From positions 1-61,091 of the forward strand of contig CAZOPW010000003.1 of the NCBI GenBank assembly GCA_964581795.1: 61,091 nt of DNA. The letters are read 5' to 3'. A program made the translations under genes and the position numbers. Of the stretch, positions 1 to 7,873 are shown piece by piece. Under the pieces are notes generated by a model, which did not search any database, was not told the origin of the DNA, and saw nothing but the letters and a program-made list of their open reading frames with translations. Position 1 is the first letter of the stretch; every line of letters starts with the position of its first letter. The DNA comes from an uncultured Thermoplasmatales archaeon (lineage in GTDB: Archaea; Thermoplasmatota; E2; DHVEG-1).

Positions 1-1258
1 TATCTAAATCAAGGTAATACTTACAACCAAAAGGTGATTTAACATATAACATATACATGTTTTTATCGAATTCTTTTAACCCTATACTCACTCCAGCATA
101 TGGTTTGCCAAGTACAACTACACCTGAAGCCTTAATTTTATTATCAAGCAGTGTCGAAAGCACCTGTTGGGTCTCAGTAGTTCCATATGCATTATGCATC
201 TTAATTCCAAAAATATTCCTCACGGTATCTGCAATATGATCATTGTAATCAGCTCCAGTAGAAACAATCGTTTTTAGATTTTGAAAAACGGTTTTTTTAA
301 TTTCAGGTATTAATTTAACAGATTCAAGTAAAAAATCAATTGATGAGGGGCCAAGTGTTATAGTTTCAGGTTTCATTTCCATGATTATAGGTAAAGTTTT
401 TTGAGGATACCGTAAAATCCAATCTGATGTAAGAATACATATTGCATAACCTGTCCACAATGCATTAAACAAGGAACGAATGCTAATGGTGTGAGGTAAG
501 ATATCAACGATACTTCGACCACCAAGTTTATTTTGATCATACATCCCTGATGCTTGCCAACTATAACAATTACGTATGAAACCTCCCTGAGAATAAACCA
601 CAAGCTTTGACCGACCTGTAGTCCCAGAAGTAGTAAAAATGACAGCTTCAGTTTCTAGATTCGTATTTTTTATCGAATCATAAATCAATTTTGTTTTCAA
701 ATCTGAATACTGATTTTTCTGATTTATTAAAGATAAAGTATTGAAACCTTGATTGACATCATAAGTTGAAATTCCTGACCTTCTTGCTATACTTTCTATT
801 TCTTCAATAATTCTTTTTTCTTTACTATATTTTATACCTAAACTCTCAACTTCTATTTTTGGATAAACAATACATGATGTATTTGTTATCTTCAACCACT
901 CTTCCAATTCTGAAGTTTCAACAAACATAGGAAAAAAAACACGTACTCCATAAGATGTTAATGCAATCAATAAAAGAGCAGTTAATAACTCGTTATTAAC
1001 AAATAATGTTGACAGTAAAACAGTGTCACCAACATGTATGTTATTATTTTCAAATTCCTTATAAAGAGAAGAAACAATTAATCTGAGTTTTTTTAATGTG
1101 ATTTTAAAAATGGTTTCGTTTATATGACTTATCAAAATAATGCTTTCTTCATCTCTGAACGAAATGTCTGAAAATATTAATTCAGCTAAATTATTTATTT
1201 TGATATCTGGTAAATCGCATTCCGATTCGATTGTCACGGTAAAATCCTGTGAGATCAT
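1..1258 (-). CDS. AMP-dependent synthetase/ligase (acyl-CoA synthetase family); C-terminal part runs off the left edge
   Basis: Absent from the ORF track because it is edge-truncated. Hand translation of the minus strand is open from ATG at 1258 to position 1. It contains adenylate-forming motifs FTTSGTTGRSK (about 605-640) and YGTTET (about 170-190). Confidence 0.75.
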   Translation of the reverse strand, partial: MISQDFTVTIESECDLPDIKINNLAELIFSDISFRDEESIILISHINETIFKITLKKLRLIVSSLYKEFENNNIHVGDTVLLSTLFVNNELLTALLLIALTSYGVRVFFPMFVETSELEEWLKITNTSCIVYPKIEVESLGIKYSKEKRIIEEIESIARRSGISTYDVNQGFNTLSLINQKNQYSDLKTKLIYDSIKNTNLETEAVIFTTSGTTGRSKLVVYSQGGFIRNCYSWQASGMYDQNKLGGRSIVDILPHTISIRSLFNALWTGYAICILTSDWILRYPQKTLPIIMEMKPETITLGPSSIDFLLESVKLIPEIKKTVFQNLKTIVSTGADYNDHIADTVRNIFGIKMHNAYGTTETQQVLSTLLDNKIKASGVVVLGKPYAGVSIGLKEFDKNMYMLYVKSPFGCKYYLDLD

Positions 1259-1399
1259 CTGTTCGATGTCACCTTTCAATTTCTCCCTCTTTATCGAGTG
1301 TGTTCTTACATTAGATAGATAAAGTATACAATTCAATATCTAAAGTGATATACTCAAATTTTTCCCTCTCAAACAAGGTAAGTTATGAATAAAAAAATA

Positions 1400-1473
1400 T
1401 GGACTGAGCGGGATTTGAACCCGCGGCCTCTACCTTGCGAAGGTAGCGATCTTCCGAGCTGATCTATCAGCCC
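1400..1473 (-). tRNA. tRNA-Ala (anticodon CGC), no intron, CCA not encoded
   Basis: Reverse complement folds by hand into a 74-nt cloverleaf. Acceptor GGGCTGA/TCAGTCC carries the G3:U70 alanine identity pair. D stem GATC/GATC, anticodon stem CTACC/GGTAG with loop TTCGCAA, T arm GCGGG-TTCAAAT-CCCGC, discriminator A. Confidence 0.93.
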
Positions 1474-1550
1474 AATACTGATAGAGGAAAGGAAAAAATA
1501 AAAACATGGTATTTGATTGTTTCTACAATAAAAAAAATCAATTTTGATTT

Positions 1551-2789
1551 TTATTGATTGACAACAGGTTGTTTAATTTTAGCTTGTTTTAATGCTTCTA
1601 ACACTGGCAGTTTTTCGCCCATCATGAATTTTTCAAGACTTCCACCACCAGTACTAATATGGGATATTTTATCTTGCAAATTGAGTTGTTTTACTGCAGC
1701 AACAGTGTGTCCACCGCCAACAATCGAAAACGCATCAGAATCACTAACGAAAGTAAAAATCTCTTTTGTTCCTTTCATAAAGATATCTTGCTCAAACACG
1801 CCACAAGGACCAGATAAGAAAATAGTCTTTGCTTGTTTTAGGACATGTTTGTAATGATCAATTGTCTTTTTTCCTATATCAAATAACGGTTTTTTACTTG
1901 GTAAATCATCAAGCGTGATTTCTTTTCGTGAACCCTTCTCATCTATAGCAAAATCAGTTGGAAGAGTGATAGCATCATCATAATTTTGCATAAGGGTTTC
2001 AATTTGAGAAAATAATGATTCATTTCCTTCATCAGCTAACGCTTTTTCATTTTCCGCCCCTAACGGTTTTCCTTGCGCATGTAAAAAAGCATTTGCTGGA
2101 AGCCCTGTTAATAAGATTTGATCTGCTGTGTTATTTTGTAGTACTCGTTCGATCGTAATAACAATATCAGAGAATTTTGCACCACCAAACAAGAATACAC
2201 ATGGTTTCTCAGGGTTTTGAATAACTCTTGAAAGCGTAGTCACCTCTTCTTCCATTAATCGACCTGCACATGAAGGAAGAAGTGGTGTGAAACCAATAAG
2301 TGAGCATTGAGACCTATGAGCTGCAGCAAAGGCATCATTAACAAAAATATCTCCAAGAGGTGCAAGTGTTTTGATAAATGGAGTTTTTGCATGTTGCTCA
2401 GCAGATTTTTTCTCTGTTTCATAATCAAGCTTTCGAACATTATCTAAAAATAATACGTCTCCTGGATTAAGTGAAGAAATCGCTTGTTGAGCTTTTTCAC
2501 CATGTATGTCTTCAACGAATAAAACTTCTGATCCAAGCAAATCTCCAAACACTTCAGCATGTTGCTTTAAAGATGTAAAATCCCAACTTCCTTTTCTTCC
2601 TTGATGAGCGATAACAACAGTTTTTGCTTGTTTTGAAACAAGTTCTTTAACTGTTGGAAGTACCCGTTTCATTCGAGTTGTATCAAGAATAGTTAATGAT
2701 TTTTTATCAAGGGGCATGTTAAAATCGACACGTAAAAAAACAGTCTTTTTTGTAACGTCTACATCATCAAGTGTATTAAATTCCATCAT
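1551..2789 (-). CDS. pgk: phosphoglycerate kinase, archaeal type
   Basis: ORF-track protein has PGK hallmarks (FLRVDFNMPL, AHQGRKG, C-terminal STGGGSLEKF). The track start at 2807 is TTG. ATG at 2789 is preceded by GGAGG/GAGGT and is preferred. Confidence 0.93.
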   Translation of the reverse strand: MMEFNTLDDVDVTKKTVFLRVDFNMPLDKKSLTILDTTRMKRVLPTVKELVSKQAKTVVIAHQGRKGSWDFTSLKQHAEVFGDLLGSEVLFVEDIHGEKAQQAISSLNPGDVLFLDNVRKLDYETEKKSAEQHAKTPFIKTLAPLGDIFVNDAFAAAHRSQCSLIGFTPLLPSCAGRLMEEEVTTLSRVIQNPEKPCVFLFGGAKFSDIVITIERVLQNNTADQILLTGLPANAFLHAQGKPLGAENEKALADEGNESLFSQIETLMQNYDDAITLPTDFAIDEKGSRKEITLDDLPSKKPLFDIGKKTIDHYKHVLKQAKTIFLSGPCGVFEQDIFMKGTKEIFTFVSDSDAFSIVGGGHTVAAVKQLNLQDKISHISTGGGSLEKFMMGEKLPVLEALKQAKIKQPVVNQ

Positions 2790-2896
2790 ATACCTCAATG
2801 CCTCCAAAGCACTGTTATGGTAATCAAGAAAGCGTTATTTAAAAGTATACATCAAATTATAAAAAATTAAGAAATATTATAAAAAAAATAAAAAAA

Positions 2897-3955
2897 TTAT
2901 ATGCTTTGTTGAGCTATATTTACTTGTTTTTGTTGGGCTTCAGTATTATACAAATATTGAATGAGGTCGACTAATCGGTTTGAATATCCCCATTCATTAT
3001 CATACCAACTTAATACTTTAATAAAACTACCGGAGTCTCCAATCATTTTTGTACTTAATCCATCGATAATTGAAGAATGTGGATTACCTATAATGTCAAC
3101 ACTGACAATAGGTTCTTCGGTATATTCCATGATACCTTTAAGAGTTGTTACTGAAGCATGTTGTAATGCTTGATTGACTTCATCTCTTGTAACTTCTTTT
3201 GAAAGTCTACAGGTTAAATCAGTAAGAGAACCATCAGGGGTTGGTACACGAACAGCCATGCCATCAAGCCGTCCTTTTAATGATGGAAGAACTGTAGTAA
3301 CTGCTTTTGCAGCTCCAGTGGTGGTTGGAATGATACTTGTCGCTGCAGCTCGTGCTCTGCGAAAATCTTTGTGTGGAAAATCAAGGATTCGTTGATCTCC
3401 TGTATAAGAATGAATAGTAGTCATTAATCCTTCTTCAATCCCAAATGTTTCATGAAGGACTTTAATCGGTGGAGCAAGGCTGTTTGTCGTACAGGATGCA
3501 TTAGAAATAATGCGATGGTTTTCCTGGTTATACTCATGTTCATTAACACCAAGAACAACCGTGAAATCAGGATCTGTAGCAGGTGCTGAAATGACTACTT
3601 TATCTGCGCCTGCATTCAAATGTTTCATTGCTCCTTCCCTTTTTCGAAATAACCCTGTTGATTCCACGACAACATCAATATCATACTCCTTCCATGGTAG
3701 TTTTTCAGGGTTAACTTGAGAGAAAAATTTGATGAATTTATTATTAACTCGTATTCCATCTTCTTCTTTTTCAACTGTTCCGTTAAAACGACCGTATACA
3801 GAATCATATTTGAGAAGATGGGATAAAATGTCAACGTTTCCTAAGTCATTGACTGCTACAATTTCAAACGTTTTCCCATATTGTTCATGTGCTACTGCAG
3901 CACGAAGAACATTTCGTCCTATTCTTCCAAATCCATTAATTGAAACGCGAATCAT
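2897..3955 (-). CDS. gap: glyceraldehyde-3-phosphate dehydrogenase, class I (bacterial/eukaryotic type)
   Basis: INGFGRIGRNV Rossmann start and catalytic SNASCTTNSLAP signature. WYDNEWGYSNR lies near the C-terminus. The start is taken at MIRVSINGFGRIG (ATG 3955), since the longer track ORF overlaps the upstream gene. Confidence 0.93.
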   Translation of the reverse strand: MIRVSINGFGRIGRNVLRAAVAHEQYGKTFEIVAVNDLGNVDILSHLLKYDSVYGRFNGTVEKEEDGIRVNNKFIKFFSQVNPEKLPWKEYDIDVVVESTGLFRKREGAMKHLNAGADKVVISAPATDPDFTVVLGVNEHEYNQENHRIISNASCTTNSLAPPIKVLHETFGIEEGLMTTIHSYTGDQRILDFPHKDFRRARAAATSIIPTTTGAAKAVTTVLPSLKGRLDGMAVRVPTPDGSLTDLTCRLSKEVTRDEVNQALQHASVTTLKGIMEYTEEPIVSVDIIGNPHSSIIDGLSTKMIGDSGSFIKVLSWYDNEWGYSNRLVDLIQYLYNTEAQQKQVNIAQQSI

Positions 3956-3986
3956 CCCGTCCACCGACCAACTAATATCATTATTT

Positions 3987-5240
3987 CTATTTAAGCATTC
4001 CGACGAGATATGCTTCAGTTGCATCACAAATTTCTACTGTCCTTTTCACTCCTAAAGGAACAGGTGTTTTGATGATAACTGGTTTATAATTATTAGAACG
4101 AGCAAGAATCGTATCTTGTTTGCCTTTTTGTACCGTGAGAACAGAGAGTGTTTTCCCAATGTATTTTTTATTTCGTTGACCTGTCAAATATTTAGAAATC
4201 TTTGAAATTTCTTGAGATCTTTGCTTAACGATTTCTGTGGGTAGACGTCCATTCATGTTTTTGGCTTTTGTAAATGGTCTCGCCGAGAATCTGGTGATGT
4301 TTACAATGTCTGGTTGTATTTGTTTTAGTAGATTGATTGTTTTGTGATATTGATCATTTGTTTCTGAGGGAAATCCAACAATTACATCTGTTGAAATAGA
4401 TAATTCTGGTATACTTCTTCTAGCTCGTTGAATAATGGAAACTCCTTCTTCAATTGAATATCCTCGATTCATAAGGTTAAGTATATGGTTATCTCCTGAT
4501 TGTAGTGGGAGATGCAAAAAGGAAAAGACATTATTATATTGATAGATGTTTAGTAATTCAGGGAAAATGTTTTTTGCTGTTCGTGGATTCATCATTCCGA
4601 TACGAATCATAAATTCTCCTTTGATTTTCACGATTTTTTTTATTAACGCAGGAAGAGAGGACCCTCGATCTAATCCATAGGATGCAGTGTCTTGTGCAGT
4701 AAGTTGAATTTCCTTACATCCCTGTTGAACTGCGTCTTTCACTGCACAAATAACGTCGTCTTCTGGATAACTATAAAGTTTTCCTCGTGCAAGATGAGTG
4801 ATACAATATGAACAAGAAAAAAGACACCCTTCAGCAATAGCAATCGGTGCTATAAGATGGGAGTATTGTTTTGGAGCTTTTGCTTTTTGTTCCAAGCTTT
4901 CTTGTGTTTCTTTATGATTTATTAAATCTAAAAGATGATGTATCTTTCGAGGAGGTATAAGAAAAGCCTCTGGAAATGTATTTTTCAGTTTTTTTTGTTG
5001 AATTGATGCCATACAACCAGCGATTACAACTTGTTTGTTCAATTTTGTGAGTTCAGTTAAACGGTGAAGCATACGTTGTTCTGTCGTTGAAATCACAGTA
5101 CAGGTTAGAATAATGAGTAAATCAGCTTCTTCAACTGTAGAAACTAGGAAGTGATGAGGATGTGATATAATTAGACCTTTGACCAGATTAGCATCACTTT
5201 TATTTGCGGTACATCCATATACTTCAACGTAACATTTCAT
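3987..5240 (-). CDS. radical SAM tRNA methylthiotransferase, MiaB/MtaB (CDKAL1-like) family with TRAM domain
   Basis: N-terminal MTTase domain (YVEVYGCTANKSD), radical SAM cluster motif CLFSCSYC, C-terminal TRAM-like segment. The track ORF N-terminus overlaps lysS, so the start is set at MKCYVEV (ATG 5240). Confidence 0.85.
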   Translation of the reverse strand: MKCYVEVYGCTANKSDANLVKGLIISHPHHFLVSTVEEADLLIILTCTVISTTEQRMLHRLTELTKLNKQVVIAGCMASIQQKKLKNTFPEAFLIPPRKIHHLLDLINHKETQESLEQKAKAPKQYSHLIAPIAIAEGCLFSCSYCITHLARGKLYSYPEDDVICAVKDAVQQGCKEIQLTAQDTASYGLDRGSSLPALIKKIVKIKGEFMIRIGMMNPRTAKNIFPELLNIYQYNNVFSFLHLPLQSGDNHILNLMNRGYSIEEGVSIIQRARRSIPELSISTDVIVGFPSETNDQYHKTINLLKQIQPDIVNITRFSARPFTKAKNMNGRLPTEIVKQRSQEISKISKYLTGQRNKKYIGKTLSVLTVQKGKQDTILARSNNYKPVIIKTPVPLGVKRTVEICDATEAYLVGMLK

Positions 5241-5268
5241 TATAAAAAAAGAGAAAAATAGCTTATAT

Positions 5269-6819
5269 TTAACTGCTTGCTTCTGTAAATCGGTTGATAA
5301 CAAATGATTTATCAAGATTTGATAAAAAGAATCCTGCACGTGGTCCACGTTTTTCACCAAGAATGGCTTTGTACACTGCAGTGAATGCTTTTTTTGGAGA
5401 AATTTTATGTTGTTCACTGATTTGATAAATCAGATTGTGAATGTTTTCAGCAGACCATGTGGTTTCTTCAGCATACTGGGCGATGTCATAAAGTAATTGT
5501 TGTTCCTCTTTGGAAAATGAAATATTTGGTAGATTTTTTTTCACCGTGAATCGAACTGCTTTTGGGGCAAAATGACTAAGCCAATACGTTGCATGTTCCT
5601 TTCGTTGACGAAGATGTTTTTCATCTTCTTTACTGATTGTATTGGGTAATTGTCCAGTTCGATGCAATATTTCTTTTACTTCTTCCCATGAATCTCCAAT
5701 TTGAACTACAGTAACTAAATGACGGAATGGTATTTGATACGGTATTGAAGTTGGAATTTCACCTGGTTGGGAGAGTTCATAGATTGCATCTAAATCTTTG
5801 TAACCCTTAATACGTTCTTCTTCTCCAAAATACATTCGTTCAACTTGATCGTATTCATCAACTAGGGTGAGTAATCCAAATCCTGGATCAAATGTAATAT
5901 GTTTTGATGGTTGATTTCTCATGATCAAGAATCGTAATACTTCTGGAGGAGTCATTTGTAACATTTCATTAGCGCTCAATGCTGTTCCTTTTGAACTATG
6001 CATCGCTCCTTTGCCTTTAAGCAAAATAAACTCATACATCGTAAAATCAGGGGCGGGGTAATCATAGATTTTTTCCACGATTTCCTCACCAGTTTCTCTA
6101 GCACCACCAGTTGTTCCTAAATCTTTTCCAAATGGTTCAAACGTAACGTTTAAAAGTTTCCATCGAGCAGGCCAATCAACTCTCCACGGTAGTTTACCGA
6201 CTCCATCTTTTCGAATATCACATTTACCTGAATATCCACATTCACAAGAGTACTCGATAAAAGGGTATTCATATAATTCCGGTTTCGTTGTCGTTAACCG
6301 TTTGCAGTTCTGGCATTGGACATTAAATGGTAACCATTGTTTCGGAAGAGTACGCTTGGATATTCGTTCGATGATCTCTTTAATATCATCAGTTCGCTCT
6401 AATGCAGTTTCAATTGCCTCATGATACACACCAGTTTTATACATTTCATTTGCTCGAAACACCCGTGGTTCAATACCTAGCTCTTCTAACGAATCAAGAA
6501 AAGCGAACAAATAATGATCAGCGTAACTATCATGTTTACCACATGGACATGGAATTTCAGAAATTGGTTTTCCTACATATTCTTCATATGATGGGGGAAG
6601 ATATGGATATACTTTTCTGAGATGATCAAAATCATCAGCAATGTAAATGAGTTCTGCGTCGGCTCCAATTTTTATCAAAGATCGATATACAGCATCTGTG
6701 GTAAGAACTTCCCTCATGTTTCCAATGTGAATCGGACCTGAAGGTGTAATTCCTGTTGCTAGTACATGATGATCTGCTTTCGGAGCAAGTTCTTTTGCCA
6801 ATACATCAGCCCAATGCAT
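5269..6819 (-). CDS. lysS: lysyl-tRNA synthetase, class I
   Basis: 516 aa. HIGN motif in TGITPSGPIHIGNMREV and the overall archaeal class I LysRS layout. Confidence 0.9.
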   Translation of the reverse strand: MHWADVLAKELAPKADHHVLATGITPSGPIHIGNMREVLTTDAVYRSLIKIGADAELIYIADDFDHLRKVYPYLPPSYEEYVGKPISEIPCPCGKHDSYADHYLFAFLDSLEELGIEPRVFRANEMYKTGVYHEAIETALERTDDIKEIIERISKRTLPKQWLPFNVQCQNCKRLTTTKPELYEYPFIEYSCECGYSGKCDIRKDGVGKLPWRVDWPARWKLLNVTFEPFGKDLGTTGGARETGEEIVEKIYDYPAPDFTMYEFILLKGKGAMHSSKGTALSANEMLQMTPPEVLRFLIMRNQPSKHITFDPGFGLLTLVDEYDQVERMYFGEEERIKGYKDLDAIYELSQPGEIPTSIPYQIPFRHLVTVVQIGDSWEEVKEILHRTGQLPNTISKEDEKHLRQRKEHATYWLSHFAPKAVRFTVKKNLPNISFSKEEQQLLYDIAQYAEETTWSAENIHNLIYQISEQHKISPKKAFTAVYKAILGEKRGPRAGFFLSNLDKSFVINRFTEASS

Positions 6820-6897
6820 AATGGTGCACCATTCATCTTTATTTTAAATGTTTTACTGATAAAAAAGAAGAAAAAATAAAGAGATATCAGTGTATCA

Positions 6898-7479
6898 TTA
6901 TATAACACGGGCTCTAATAAGTGCTCGTAAAGGAACCTTGCTGATATCATCTTGTGCTCTTTTGTTAAGGATTGCAAGGCACAACTGGGGGTTTCCTTTT
7001 TCTTCTTTTGTAGAATTTATCGCTTTTTTAAATGTTTCACCAGTTCCAACCATGTCATCTACTAAAACAACGTTTTTATCTTTGACTGTTGCAAAATTTG
7101 ATGAGAACAACCCTGGTGTTTCATAATGAGGTCGAAATACTGCGAGTTCAAGCCCTAATTTCTCAGCAACAAAGGTAGCATAAGGAATACCGTTTAATGC
7201 GATGCCAACTACCGTATCAATTTCCAATTCATTTTTCTCCATTTCTTCAAGGAGAACATCACAAAGAGCATCAGAAATGAAACTCATTCGGGTAGGGTAA
7301 ACACCAACGCTTGTCCATCCTATCTTTACGTCTCCTTCTGGTTTTTTATCTTTTCCTTTGTTAAGAAGCCATACTGCGGTTTCTTTGGAAACATTAAGAT
7401 CATCAGCAATTTCATGATCAGTAAGACCATTTTCTTTTAATTTCAAGGCCTTTTTTATTAGCGTATCAATTTCTTTCAT
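6898..7479 (-). CDS. HTH domain fused to a phosphoribosyltransferase-like domain (orotate PRTase-like regulator, GfcR-type)
   Basis: N-terminal HTH (GLTDHEIADDLNVSKETAVWLL). PRTase PRPP-binding loop VVLVDDMVGTGET. Confidence 0.75.
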   Translation of the reverse strand: MKEIDTLIKKALKLKENGLTDHEIADDLNVSKETAVWLLNKGKDKKPEGDVKIGWTSVGVYPTRMSFISDALCDVLLEEMEKNELEIDTVVGIALNGIPYATFVAEKLGLELAVFRPHYETPGLFSSNFATVKDKNVVLVDDMVGTGETFKKAINSTKEEKGNPQLCLAILNKRAQDDISKVPLRALIRARVI

Positions 7480-7598
7480 AAACTATCTCACCCTTTCTGG
7501 TATGTATGAAAAAACATTATTTAGATTTTTGCTCAATAAAAGCAGGATAATGATTTAGACTAATCAATGATTTCATAAATAAAAAACGAGGAGAAAAA

Positions 7599-7606
7599 CA
7601 TAAATA
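7599..7606 (+). promoter_or_regulatory. TATA-box-like element (CATAAATA) upstream of the Sec61-beta gene
   Basis: About 55 nt upstream of ATG 7661. Confidence 0.3.
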
Positions 7607-7660
7607 ATGGTTGTAGATGTAACTGGATAATAGAGAATTCAATAAGGTTGATGAATATAC

Positions 7661-7828
7661 ATGGCAAAGAAGAATAAAGGCGAAGGTTTTCATTCATCTG
7701 CAGGACTTATAAGATATTTTGATGCAGAAGAAAAATCATCAATTAAAATTCCTCCATGGTTTGTTGTTGCCATGAGCATTGCGACAATGATAATTATTAC
7801 CGTTGCCCATTTGACAATTCAATTTTAA
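7661..7828 (+). CDS. secG: preprotein translocase subunit Sec61-beta (archaeal SecG)
   Basis: 55-aa ORF below the track cutoff, hand translated as MAKKNKGEGFHSSAGLIRYFDAEEKSSIKIPPWFVVAMSIATMIIITVAHLTIQF. It has the characteristic SSAGLIRYFD motif plus a C-terminal TM tail anchor. Confidence 0.85.
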   Translation: MAKKNKGEGFHSSAGLIRYFDAEEKSSIKIPPWFVVAMSIATMIIITVAHLTIQF

Positions 7829-7873
7829 ATCACTACAAAAATGATTGATCAAACTCAATTTTTCTACTAAATT

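Noticed and set aside
57-1322. Track ORFs 57..239(+), 385..603(-) and 1140..1322(+)
   Set aside because: They lie inside or antisense to the long open minus-strand frame, which carries the TSGTTGRSK and YGTTET adenylation motifs. They have no motifs of their own.
1400-1473. tRNA-Ala as a possible integration site of a mobile element
   Set aside because: No integrase, no direct repeat of the tRNA 3' end and no foreign-looking genes flank it. The neighbours are pgk and an acyl-CoA ligase.
3956-5417. N-terminal extensions of track ORFs: gap to 4027, the MtaB-like gene to 5417, the MEMO-like gene to 17303, rpl14 to 35681, rpl2 to 39363 and the UbiA-family gene from 57079
   Set aside because: The extensions overlap neighbouring genes or lack family similarity. 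Internal ATG codons coincide with the conserved protein N-termini.
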